DNA of 40,088 nucleotides from NCBI GenBank assembly GCA_020443005.1, contig JAGRJA010000250.1:1-40088 (forward strand), in the 5' to 3' direction. The notes under the pieces were generated by a model. It was given only the letters and a program-made list of their open reading frames with translations, was not told where the DNA came from and did not search any database. The stretch comes from Pseudomonadales bacterium. GTDB lineage: Bacteria > Pseudomonadota > Gammaproteobacteria > Pseudomonadales > UBA7239. The position numbers and the translations under genes are program-made. Shown piece after piece: positions 1 through 8,022 of the stretch (the stretch's first letter is position 1; each line of letters opens with the position of its first letter).

Positions 1-2
1 AT

Positions 3-104
3 TTGAGGCCGGAGACACTTACCATTGCACGCAACAGCGGCACGGTACAAAACCTCAAGGACCGAAGACACGACCTCTACACCGTAAAGTGGCGCGGCCA
101 GTAA
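3..104 (+). CDS. 3' end of an unidentified gene entering from the left edge (partial)
   Basis: Frame 3 is open from the window edge to TAA at 102-104 (...RHDLYTVKWRGQ*). A hairpin plus T-run follows about 20 nt later. Too short to assign a family. Confidence 0.3.
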   Translation: MRPETLTIARNSGTVQNLKDRRHDLYTVKWRGQ

Positions 105-119
105 TTTTTCAGCACAGAT

Positions 120-151
120 AAAAAACCGGGCAAATCGAGCCCGGTTTTTTT
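120..151. terminator. Bidirectional intrinsic terminator
   Basis: CCGGGC-aaatcga-GCCCGG stem (126-144) flanked by an A-run and a T-run (145-151). Lies between the convergent partial + gene and yajQ (-). Confidence 0.7.
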
Positions 152-166
152 GAGCAAAGCGCGCGC

Positions 167-649
167 TTAATCGCGAAAATTCTGATACTGAAGCGGGAGC
201 GTAATATCGCTCGCTTTCAGAAACGCGATCACCTCCTGCAAATCATCCCTTTTCTTGCCTGTCACCCTCACCTGATCGCCCTGAATCGAGGCCTGTACCT
301 TGAGCTTTTTCTCCTTGATCATCTTGACGATTTTCCTCGCCAGGTCGGCATCAATACCATGACGGAACTCGGCAACCATCTTTGCCTGCTTGCCGGAAAG
401 CGTGATTTCCCCCTCTTCAATACAAGCGATATCAATGCCACATTTATGCACCGTGCCTTTGAGAATATCCAGCATTTGTGTGATCTGGAAATCGGCATCA
501 GCAACCAGTGTGACCTTGTTCTCTTCTTTCGTGAAAGATGCATCAACACCCTTGAAATCAAAACGGGTGCCCACCACACGATTGGCCTGATCCACCGCAT
601 TGGTTAATTGGTGCATATCAATTTCTGAAACCACATCAAAAGAAGGCAT
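167..649 (-). CDS. yajQ: YajQ family (UPF0234) nucleotide/c-di-GMP-binding protein
   Basis: 160-aa ORF. N-terminus MPSFDVVSEIDMHQLTNAVDQANR and the length match the YajQ family. GGGAG SD upstream of ATG 649. Confidence 0.9.
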   Translation of the reverse strand: MPSFDVVSEIDMHQLTNAVDQANRVVGTRFDFKGVDASFTKEENKVTLVADADFQITQMLDILKGTVHKCGIDIACIEEGEITLSGKQAKMVAEFRHGIDADLARKIVKMIKEKKLKVQASIQGDQVRVTGKKRDDLQEVIAFLKASDITLPLQYQNFRD

Positions 650-807
650 TGCTGAACTCCCTATTAAATTCTCAAAACCTGCCTATCATAGCCCATCAAC
701 AAACCTGATTCGACTAGGGGGCAGACCTGATTGATGACAACCTTGAGCCAAATTACATAAAACGGTTCCGTAGGATTCTTGGGAGACTATTGATATGCTA
801 GCGTCAA

Positions 808-822
808 TCAAACAGACAATCA
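808..822 (+). repeat. 15-nt direct repeat copy 1 (TCAAACAGACAATCA)
   Basis: Exact 15-mer, 11 nt upstream of the aldo/keto reductase ATG. A second copy is at 1738-1752, just after its stop. Confidence 0.6.
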
Positions 823-832
823 GGTCATCAAA

Positions 833-1720
833 ATGCGCTATCGACTCCTCGGAAAAACCGGCCTCAGTGTATCCTCTGTCGGCATAGGCTCGTGGCAATT
901 GGGTGGTGCCTGGGGAAAGGATTTCACACAGCAGGAAGTGAATGACCTGCTTTCAAAAGGTAGCGAACTGGGTATCAACTTCATCGATACCGCCGAGTGT
1001 TATGGTGATCATCTATCAGAAATGCTGATCGGTGAGGCGATACGCGGCCAAAGAGACCAGTGGATCGTTGCCACCAAGTTTGGGCACAACTGGGGCAATG
1101 GCTTGCCCAAAGAGGATAATTACAAACCCGAACAAGTGCTGGTACAACTTGAGGCTTCTCTGCGTGCACTCAAAACAGACTACATCGATATTTACCAGCT
1201 GCATTCCGCGGGACGAGAAGAATTTGATAATCAGGAGCTCTGGACCATGCTCGAAAAACAGGTCCAGGCAGGAAAGGTTCGATTTCTGGGTAATTCCATC
1301 GGTCAGCCAAGCATGCTCTATCAGGTTCAAAAATCAACCGACTACGGCATTAGCGTGATACAAACCATTTATAACGCAGTAAAACGCAAGGCAGAGGAAA
1401 CCGTGTTGCCGGTTGCCGACAATCAGAACCTCGGTGTGATCGCACGCGTTCCGCTTGCCAGCGGTTTTCTGAGTGGCAAATATCAACCGGGCGCGCGTTT
1501 TATTGACAGTGACATTCGTTCAAAACGACCGGAGGAAGGGCTTGATGCTGAAATTGCTGCGGCACTTGATGCACTGAAAGAAAAACCGGACGGAATAGAT
1601 GCAGCCAGCTGGGCAATTGCCTGGTGCCTCAAACAACCGAGAATCAGCACAGTGATACCCGGCTGCAAGACCATCGAGCAACTTCTAGCAAACGCTGCCG
1701 GTGCCGATCTTGACTTGTAA
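833..1720 (+). CDS. Aldo/keto reductase family oxidoreductase
   Basis: 295 aa. AKR motifs GIGSWQLGG and IDTAECYG (catalytic Asp/Tyr region), with (alpha/beta)8-barrel-typical length. Confidence 0.9.
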   Translation: MRYRLLGKTGLSVSSVGIGSWQLGGAWGKDFTQQEVNDLLSKGSELGINFIDTAECYGDHLSEMLIGEAIRGQRDQWIVATKFGHNWGNGLPKEDNYKPEQVLVQLEASLRALKTDYIDIYQLHSAGREEFDNQELWTMLEKQVQAGKVRFLGNSIGQPSMLYQVQKSTDYGISVIQTIYNAVKRKAEETVLPVADNQNLGVIARVPLASGFLSGKYQPGARFIDSDIRSKRPEEGLDAEIAAALDALKEKPDGIDAASWAIAWCLKQPRISTVIPGCKTIEQLLANAAGADLDL

Positions 1721-1737
1721 GCTGTATCGCTAAAGAT

Positions 1738-1752
1738 TCAAACAGACAATCA
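1738..1752 (+). repeat. 15-nt direct repeat copy 2 (TCAAACAGACAATCA)
   Basis: Exact match to 808-822. Located 18 nt after the reductase stop codon. Confidence 0.6.
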
Positions 1753-1761
1753 AAACTGCAC

Positions 1762-1787
1762 AAAAAAACCGGCCGAAGCCGGTTTTG
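1762..1787. terminator. Bidirectional intrinsic terminator
   Basis: ACCGGC-cgaa-GCCGGT stem with an A-run on the left and TTTT on the right. Lies between the convergent reductase (+) and small membrane protein gene (-). Confidence 0.7.
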
Positions 1788-1806
1788 CTCATCTTTGCGC
1801 TTTTAA

Positions 1807-1926
1807 TCAGACGACCACGATATTGATTACCACCGCAATTACTGCTGTCATAACCGCAAACCCGACCAACACCATCGCCATTTGCTTTACTACAGGCGCA
1901 TCTTCAACACTATTATCCTTGGTCAT
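1807..1926 (-). CDS. Small (39 aa) single-pass membrane protein, unknown function
   Basis: ATG at 1926 is preceded by a strong SD (AAGGGGGAGAG). Product is MTKDNSVEDAPVVKQMAMVLVGFAVMTAVIAVVINIVVV with one C-terminal TM helix. The 70-aa ORF-track version has no SD. Confidence 0.5.
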   Translation of the reverse strand: MTKDNSVEDAPVVKQMAMVLVGFAVMTAVIAVVINIVVV

Positions 1927-1992
1927 ACTCTCCCCCTTTTTTATAGAAAACATCCGGAATCGAAAAATTATCAAATCTCGGAAATATCGGCT

Positions 1993-2006
1993 TTGATTAA
2001 AGTCAA
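1993..2006 (-). promoter_or_regulatory. FNR/CRP-family box TTGATTAAAGTCAA
   Basis: Matches TTGAT-N4-ATCAA at 9/10 positions. Centre is about 73 nt upstream of ATG 1926. A GATAAT -10-like hexamer (complement of 1967-1972) sits at class-II-like spacing. Confidence 0.55.
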
Positions 2007-2023
2007 AAAACTGTTTCACGAAA

Positions 2024-2056
2024 ACGAAAAGGCCGACAATGTTGCCGGCCTTTTCG
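2024..2056 (-). terminator. Intrinsic terminator downstream of P450 gene
   Basis: AAAAGGCCG...CGGCCTTTT stem (2027-2054), followed on the minus strand by a T-rich tract. Begins 20 nt after the P450 stop. Confidence 0.65.
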
Positions 2057-2075
2057 CGTTATCAAGATTAACACC

Positions 2076-3452
2076 CTATTGGATTTTTTCGAGTACCAAT
2101 GGCAAGTCATCAGCCGGTTTTGGCATGGGTACATGTTGTAATTTCGGATAATAATTATCGGGCGCCCTGAATCGGTATTTTTGTACAAACTGGAACATAA
2201 ACAGTTTCGCCTGCATGGCGGCGAAATGCATACCGATACATTTGTGCGGCCCCCCACCAAACGGCACATAAAGGAAAGGATGACCTTTTTGCTCTGATCG
2301 CTCTGGTGAAAAACGATCCGGGTCAAATTTTTCCGGGTCTTTCCAGTATTTATCCATTTTGTGGTTATAACAGGGAGGAATAAAGATCATCGTGTTAGCA
2401 GGTACACGATGCCCACCAATTTCACATTCGCGAACCGTTCTGCGCGTCATCAACTCCACGGAAGGGTGTAAACGCAATGTCTCATGGAAAATATCATCCA
2501 GAATCTGCATATTGTTGATATCGTCATAGTCCATGAATTCCTTACCCATCGACACACAGGCATCACGCAGTTTTTCTTGCCAATCCTGATGCACAGCGAG
2601 ACGATAAACCATATGGGTCAATGCACTTGTGGTTGTATCATGAGCACCAAAAAGCAGGAATGACACATGCTGAACAATATCATCATAGGAAAACAGATCG
2701 CCCTCTTCCGTTTTCTCATGACACATGAATGACAGAATGTCGCTACCCGGCTCCTTACGCTTCATCTCGATCAGACTTTTCACATAATCATGAATAAAGC
2801 GTTTACCCTGTTGCCCCTTGTGATACTTCAACCAGGGCAAAGGAATATCCTTACGAACAATTGCAGTCAAACCATCTGTTGTTGCGATAAAAGCATCATT
2901 AAGCTTTTCAGCCTCGGGACCGATGTCATCAAGATCAATAAATACCTTCGCCACTGAGCGCAACAATGATTTTTTTATGTGCGGAAAGAAAGTAAATTCG
3001 TAAGGACTCCACTCCGCAATATACTTTTTGAAAAGCGGATTGATAACATCGACATAACCTTTCATGGCATTATTTTTGAAAGCCGACTGAAAAATCCTGC
3101 GCTGCATACGGTGCTCATCAAAATCCCTGAGTAATAAACCACCTTTATAAAAACGACCCAGACGCTCTGCGTAACCCATTTCTGTAGAGAAGTTCCTTTC
3201 CGGATCAAGGTAAATCTGCTTCAGGTTTTCGGGCCCCATCACCAATAAACCTCTTTGACCACCCAGATTGACACGGGAAACCTCGCCAAAACGCACATAA
3301 TGCTCATGCACAAGTGCATGTAAATCAGTCAGGATTTCATAGGTTTTACCGAGAACCGGCATACCATATTCGCCGGGAATATGATCCAGATTTTGTGCGT
3401 CAGGTTGATCTTTATAGGATAGGTCGAATGTAGCTTTTACAGCCTGCGCCAT
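2076..3452 (-). CDS. Cytochrome P450 (458 aa, soluble)
   Basis: I-helix GAHDTTT, ExxR (ETLR) and heme-thiolate loop FGGGPHKCIG. N-terminal IPGEYGMPVLGKT motif. GAGGAG SD before ATG 3452. Confidence 0.9.
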   Translation of the reverse strand: MAQAVKATFDLSYKDQPDAQNLDHIPGEYGMPVLGKTYEILTDLHALVHEHYVRFGEVSRVNLGGQRGLLVMGPENLKQIYLDPERNFSTEMGYAERLGRFYKGGLLLRDFDEHRMQRRIFQSAFKNNAMKGYVDVINPLFKKYIAEWSPYEFTFFPHIKKSLLRSVAKVFIDLDDIGPEAEKLNDAFIATTDGLTAIVRKDIPLPWLKYHKGQQGKRFIHDYVKSLIEMKRKEPGSDILSFMCHEKTEEGDLFSYDDIVQHVSFLLFGAHDTTTSALTHMVYRLAVHQDWQEKLRDACVSMGKEFMDYDDINNMQILDDIFHETLRLHPSVELMTRRTVRECEIGGHRVPANTMIFIPPCYNHKMDKYWKDPEKFDPDRFSPERSEQKGHPFLYVPFGGGPHKCIGMHFAAMQAKLFMFQFVQKYRFRAPDNYYPKLQHVPMPKPADDLPLVLEKIQ

Positions 3453-3534
3453 AACTTACTCCTCAAGCAATGACAGAATTGTCTGATGTATCGATATTGA
3501 AGGGGTATAGTTACGGATTAACGGTTTGCAAACA

Positions 3535-3548
3535 TTGATTCGCGTCAA
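3535..3548 (-). promoter_or_regulatory. FNR/CRP-family box TTGATTCGCGTCAA
   Basis: 9/10 match to TTGAT-N4-ATCAA. Centre is about 90 nt upstream of the P450 ATG (3452), in the fnr-P450 intergenic region. Confidence 0.55.
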
Positions 3549-3644
3549 CGAAGCGATAATGTCGACAGTGTCTACGACATTTTACTGAAGGCAAACAGAG
3601 GGGGGTTAACAATTTATACTCTTTGTAAAACCAGGCCCGGATAA

Positions 3645-4415
3645 TTACTTGTCCTGATTCACATTGGCCGCCTTTTTCAGTGCATCCATATCAAGAATCT
3701 CGATTTCCTTATTGGTCACCTTGAGCACATTATTCTTTTGCAGACGACCAAATGAACGGCTGACAGTTTCTACCGTGATACCCAGATAATTTCCGATATC
3801 GGAACGGGTCATGGCCAGGCGAAACTTCGTTGCCGATAGGTGACGACTGCTGTTTCTTGCAGAAATACTCAACAGGAGTGACGACAACCTCTCGTCAGCC
3901 GAATTGCACCCCAACAGCGTCAGCATTTGTTGGTCTTTTATGATTTCCTTGCCCATGATACGAAAAAAGTGGTGCTGCAGGGATGGCAATTTGGTTGCCA
4001 AACCTTCAAGTCTTTCAAAGGGTATTTCACAAACGCTGGATACTTCTAGAGCGACTGCTGACGCACAATGGTGTCGGCTACTGATACCGTCCATACCCAG
4101 AATTTCCCCGGGCAAGTAAAAACCCGTTACCTGAACCTCGCCACTGTCGGTAATGGAATAGGCCTTGAAGCTGCCAGAACGCACAGCGTAGACAGAATGG
4201 AATTCGTCACTTTCACGAAAAAGATGATCTCCTTTCTGTAAAGGGCGACCCCTCTTTACGATCTCATCCAGTTGATCAACCTCTTCGGTACTGAGTGCAA
4301 TCGGCAAACAAAGGGCTCCAAGCCGACAATCCGAACAACTGACATTCGGGTTTGTGTGACATCTTGCGCGAGCAACTTTGGGTTCTTCGCTAATCTTCAT
4401 GCTATTGCCTGGCAT
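3645..4415 (-). CDS. fnr: FNR/ANR-type oxygen-sensing Crp/Fnr family transcriptional regulator
   Basis: N-terminal Cys cluster C-x2-C-x5-C (SCSDCRLGALC) plus the VCEIPF cysteine gives the FNR [4Fe-4S] ligand pattern. C-terminal HTH carries the ETVSR recognition motif. Start set at ATG 4415 (AGGAAA SD); the ORF stays open to 4451. Confidence 0.9.
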   Translation of the reverse strand: MPGNSMKISEEPKVARARCHTNPNVSCSDCRLGALCLPIALSTEEVDQLDEIVKRGRPLQKGDHLFRESDEFHSVYAVRSGSFKAYSITDSGEVQVTGFYLPGEILGMDGISSRHHCASAVALEVSSVCEIPFERLEGLATKLPSLQHHFFRIMGKEIIKDQQMLTLLGCNSADERLSSLLLSISARNSSRHLSATKFRLAMTRSDIGNYLGITVETVSRSFGRLQKNNVLKVTNKEIEILDMDALKKAANVNQDK

Positions 4416-4424
4416 GTTTGTTTC

Positions 4425-4438
4425 CTGACCTGAATCAA
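4425..4438 (-). promoter_or_regulatory. Possible FNR box CTGACCTGAATCAA overlapping the fnr translation-initiation region
   Basis: 8/10 to the TTGAT-N4-ATCAA consensus (9/10 if C is allowed at position 5, as in the other boxes here). Lies 10-23 nt upstream of ATG 4415 and overlaps the SD. It would be inside the CDS if the 4451 start is real. Confidence 0.3.
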
Positions 4439-4606
4439 ATGGATACGACAAGTACCCATTTTCTACAAGATAGGGGCGCTATGCAATAGCAGCAGTACAA
4501 TGAAGCAAGCAAAACAAAAAATCCGAACCCTGATTGGACACAGAACAACAGACTGGCAAAAACCCATGCAATTCAGGGTGTCAAATTTATTTTTGCAGCG
4601 TGTTAA

Positions 4607-6010
4607 TCACAAGGTTTTGGAGTATGTGTAACCTTTTTGTCTGGATTCTTCGAGATACTGATCGAATGCCATACAAATATTGCGAAGAAATGGAAAACCC
4701 TTGTCAGTAACGGCAAGTGAATTTTGGGAAAGCTCAATAATGTCGTCTTCAATCAGGGGCTCTAGCTGAGAAATTGCTTTGGAAAAATGCAACTTGAAAT
4801 CAATTGAGAAAGCGCCCTCAAGCTCAGGTATATTCAATTCGCGGTAACAACTCAGTCGCTGGATGACCGTTCTTCTCAGCACATCCTCATCTGTCAACAT
4901 CAAACCATGGGCAACAGGTAACTGGCTGGCATCCAGCGCCTGATAATAGTGCTCAAGTGTCCGATGGTTTTGTGCATACACCCTGTCAAAACTGCTGATC
5001 GATGAAACCCCCATGCCGACCAAATCCGTGGCTTTTGCAATCGAATACCCCTGAAAGTTTCTGCACAAGGTGCCGTCCTGCCGGGCAATCGCCAAAGAAT
5101 CGTCCGGTTTCACAAAATGATCCATGCCAATGTACACATAACCCGCTTCAGTGAAGCGCCGGATGATCAATGCAAGCATACCCACTTTCTGGTCGGCATT
5201 AGGCAGCGTATGCCGGTCGATCGCACGCTGTGAAGTAAATCGTTCTGGCAAATGCGCGTAGTTGTAACAGCTGATACGATCGGGTGAAAGTTCAATCACT
5301 TTATCCAGTGTCTGGTTCATGGTGATTTCTGTTTGAAAAGGCAAGCCGTAAATCAGGTCAAAATTCAAAGAGCGAAAAGACCGTGTTCTGATATAGGCGA
5401 CCAGATCGGTCAGCTCATCAATATCCTGAACGCGATTGATGGCTTTTTGAACCGTTTTATTGACATCCTGAACACCCAGACTGACGCGGTTAAAGCCAAG
5501 ACCTCTCAACAAATCAATGGTCTGATGATTAACTGTTCGAGGATCAATTTCAATAGAGTAGTCACGACCCTGCTGCGTCTCCAGCGTAAAATAGCTGGCT
5601 GTATGATGCATCAACTCGGTCATCTCGGCTTCATCGAGAAATGTCGGCGTACCGCCTCCCCAGTGCAATTGGGTTACCGGGCGTTGGTAGACATCAAGCT
5701 GCAAGCGAATCAGTGCCATCTCCTTGCGCAGGTAGTCCAGATAATGACGAACAACCGTTTTGTCTTTTGTTACGATTTTATTACAGGCACAGTAGTAACA
5801 AATGGATCGGCAAAATGGCAGGTGGATGTACAATGACAAGGGGGCTTTCGAACTGACATCATTATTCAATGCCTGCAGATAATCCTGCTCATTGAAAGTA
5901 TCGGTAAATTGTGCAGCAGTCGGATAAGAGGTATAACGCGGACCACTGACATCATACTTCTTCAGCAATACAGGGTCGCTTTTGAATGTTTTTGTGACCA
6001 GCATATCCAT
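4607..6010 (-). CDS. hemN: Oxygen-independent coproporphyrinogen III oxidase (radical SAM)
   Basis: CRSICYYC radical-SAM cluster motif and YDVSGPRYTSYPT N-terminal signature, about 465 aa. The ORF-track start 6022 is TTG; the first ATGs are at 6010 and 6004. Confidence 0.92.
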   Translation of the reverse strand: MDMLVTKTFKSDPVLLKKYDVSGPRYTSYPTAAQFTDTFNEQDYLQALNNDVSSKAPLSLYIHLPFCRSICYYCACNKIVTKDKTVVRHYLDYLRKEMALIRLQLDVYQRPVTQLHWGGGTPTFLDEAEMTELMHHTASYFTLETQQGRDYSIEIDPRTVNHQTIDLLRGLGFNRVSLGVQDVNKTVQKAINRVQDIDELTDLVAYIRTRSFRSLNFDLIYGLPFQTEITMNQTLDKVIELSPDRISCYNYAHLPERFTSQRAIDRHTLPNADQKVGMLALIIRRFTEAGYVYIGMDHFVKPDDSLAIARQDGTLCRNFQGYSIAKATDLVGMGVSSISSFDRVYAQNHRTLEHYYQALDASQLPVAHGLMLTDEDVLRRTVIQRLSCYRELNIPELEGAFSIDFKLHFSKAISQLEPLIEDDIIELSQNSLAVTDKGFPFLRNICMAFDQYLEESRQKGYTYSKTL

Positions 6011-6078
6011 GCTTCTCGGCAATTTCTCATCTGAGGCTTCGTGAAGTTGCTAGAGTAATGCCTCGGGGGAAATTCTTG

Positions 6079-6092
6079 TTGACTTACATCAA
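6079..6092 (-). promoter_or_regulatory. FNR box TTGACTTACATCAA upstream of hemN
   Basis: 9/10 match to TTGAT-N4-ATCAA. Centre is about 75 nt upstream of ATG 6010. hemN is a classical FNR/ANR target. Confidence 0.7.
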
Positions 6093-6185
6093 GCAGCCCG
6101 CTATCTGAAATGCGCCTGAGCTATCCTTCATTCAATTCACAACACTCACCCCTGTCTTCCCGAACTTTTGTACAAGGTAAAGATC

Positions 6186-6213
6186 AAAAAAAAGCGCCGA
6201 TCGGCGCTTTTTT
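6186..6213 (-). terminator. Intrinsic terminator after the TSP3/FG-GAP gene
   Basis: AGCGCCGATCGGCGCT palindrome flanked by an A-run and a T-run. Begins 12 nt beyond the stop at 6225. Confidence 0.75.
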
Positions 6214-6224
6214 AAAAGGCCGGA

Positions 6225-7817
6225 CTAACGCTGAATTTGCCAATCTGTACCACTGTACAGACTCACAGCAGCGTTTCCTGTCACATTGGCTGCATCAATG
6301 GTAAAGATCTGCCAGTTTCCACTCGTATGTCTTAACAAAAGATCAGCATCTCCATCACCATCAAAATCACCTTCTGTTTCAAAAGACCACGCGATACTTG
6401 AAAACAGATCGAGCACATGACTACCGACCACTGTGGCTGACTGAACATCAAAAATTCGCCATGTACCAAGAAGCGTATTTCTGATCAAAATATCATCATC
6501 GCCATCGCCATCAAAATCACTGGCCACCTGAAACTGGTAATCAGAAGAAGCAAATAGTTGAGGCAGCCCGTAACTTGAAACCACAGCACCGGCTTCCACA
6601 ACAAACAAACGATATTTGCCGTCTGCACCTCTCAAGAGAATATCGTCATCAATATCCCCATCAAAATCACCCATACCTGCAAACGAATAGCTTGTACTTG
6701 ACCACAAATTGAATGCAGAATTTGCAACAACAGCCCCCGATTGAATCGTGAACAAACGCCATATACCCGTTATATTATTGCGCATAAGCACATCATCGTC
6801 CGAATCAGCATCAGCATCAAATGCAGCCACGAAATCCCAGTCTGAACCGGTATAAAGATTGATAAATACTGCTGGTGGCGGTGTCGCTTCACCCGCTTCG
6901 ACAATAATCAACTTCCACTGCCCGTCAGTGCTGCGACGGGTAATCACATCCTTATCGCCATCACCATCCACATCGAGGTTTGCTTGATGAATGCGCTGGC
7001 CATCATTGGTTGCGGCAAAGATGGTATTACTGTCTACAGCACCTGACTGAAAGGAAAACAATCGCCATACATTGGAATTAACATTGCGAACCAATATGTC
7101 ATCATCAAAGTCAGCATCAAAATCACTTTCTCCCGCAGAGGCAATCAGACAAATTGAAGCCGGATCAAGCGGGTCAGAACCACAGGCAATTTCATCAAGA
7201 TCACTAATGCCATCGTTGTCATCATTCAGATCTGCATTGTTTCCGATACCATCATTATCAGTATCCACAGACTCGGTAGCATCAAACGGAAAATCATCGC
7301 TTGAATCGGGAACACCATCATTATCATCATCCAGATCGCAGGCATCTCCTTCAGCATCACCGTCGTTATTTTCCTGTCCACTGTTCGCAATTTCAGGACA
7401 GTTATCCAGATGGTTTTTGACACCGTCGGCATCGGCATCTTCAGTAAAGCCCCAGTTAGCGCAATCGACAATGTTGTACCAGGTGTTCAGTGTTGTACCA
7501 CCGACCTGATAGCATTTGTTGCCATCGAGCGTACCGTAGCTGAAATCAAAAATCGTTTCTCCCGCAACAGCCCAGGCCTTCAAGCCCACATTAGTCGAAT
7601 TAACGGGGATAGATTCGTAATGCAGATTATTCTGGCAACCCCAGGCGCTCCAGGAAACAGTGCCCCCATTTGCTCGATGCTCGGCATCAACAACATAACC
7701 GGTCTGACCACAAGGCATATAGATGCCGAGAATATAATAGGTTTGTGCGTTAGCGGGATTGGATAAAAGAAGGGGTAAAAATGACAAACAGAATACAGCA
7801 AACAATTTTTTCATCAT
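6225..7817 (-). CDS. Secreted thrombospondin type-3 repeat / FG-GAP (beta-propeller) repeat protein
   Basis: Signal peptide MMKKLFAVFCLSFLPLLLSNPANA-Q. Ca-binding TSP3-like motifs DADADGVKNHLDNCP...NDGDAEGDACDLDDDNDGVPD (nt 7167-7442). Six repeats of about 50 aa of the DFDGDGDDDILIRN..G.WRIF type. AAGGAA SD. Confidence 0.8.
   Translation of the reverse strand: MMKKLFAVFCLSFLPLLLSNPANAQTYYILGIYMPCGQTGYVVDAEHRANGGTVSWSAWGCQNNLHYESIPVNSTNVGLKAWAVAGETIFDFSYGTLDGNKCYQVGGTTLNTWYNIVDCANWGFTEDADADGVKNHLDNCPEIANSGQENNDGDAEGDACDLDDDNDGVPDSSDDFPFDATESVDTDNDGIGNNADLNDDNDGISDLDEIACGSDPLDPASICLIASAGESDFDADFDDDILVRNVNSNVWRLFSFQSGAVDSNTIFAATNDGQRIHQANLDVDGDGDKDVITRRSTDGQWKLIIVEAGEATPPPAVFINLYTGSDWDFVAAFDADADSDDDVLMRNNITGIWRLFTIQSGAVVANSAFNLWSSTSYSFAGMGDFDGDIDDDILLRGADGKYRLFVVEAGAVVSSYGLPQLFASSDYQFQVASDFDGDGDDDILIRNTLLGTWRIFDVQSATVVGSHVLDLFSSIAWSFETEGDFDGDGDADLLLRHTSGNWQIFTIDAANVTGNAAVSLYSGTDWQIQR
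6228..7127 (-). repeat. Six tandem ~150-nt coding repeats (FG-GAP-like blades)
   Basis: D-x-D-x-D-x-D-D-[IV]-L motifs start at aa 232, 281, 333, 384, 434 and 484. A recurring nucleotide motif ccatcaaaatcac is seen at about 6358, 6498 and 6658. Confidence 0.75.
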
Positions 7818-7974
7818 GGCGTTCCTTAACCTGAAATTATTGAGCAGCGAATACTAGAGAACATGATTAGAAAAGAATAACTAAAATCCGTTTGTATTAA
7901 CGGGAATTTAGACAAGCATCATTTACCTTTTAAAATATTTTTTTACACGCGCCCAACAAGCTTCAAGAAAAGGC

Positions 7975-8000
7975 AATAAAAAAAGCGCCCGAAGGCGCTT
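7975..8000 (-). terminator. Intrinsic terminator after the dioxygenase gene
   Basis: AGCGCC-cgaa-GGCGCT stem (7984-7999), followed on the minus strand by TTTTTTT. Confidence 0.75.
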
Positions 8001-8022
8001 CTCTTAACAGCCCGAAAAAACA

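Noticed and set aside
5333-5836. 167-aa ORF on the + strand
   Set aside because: It lies entirely antisense to hemN, whose radical-SAM motifs clearly define the real frame. It is a shadow ORF.
6350-6670. Periodic ccatcaaaatcac motif about every 150 nt, checked as a possible CRISPR-like or tandem non-coding repeat
   Set aside because: It is the codon-level signature of the DFDGDGD motif in the FG-GAP blades. The spacers are coding and in frame.
7072-7766. Two + strand ORFs (145 and 118 aa), Ser-rich
   Set aside because: They are antisense to the Asp-rich TSP3/FG-GAP gene. The Ser-rich composition is the complement of GAT/GAC codon runs.
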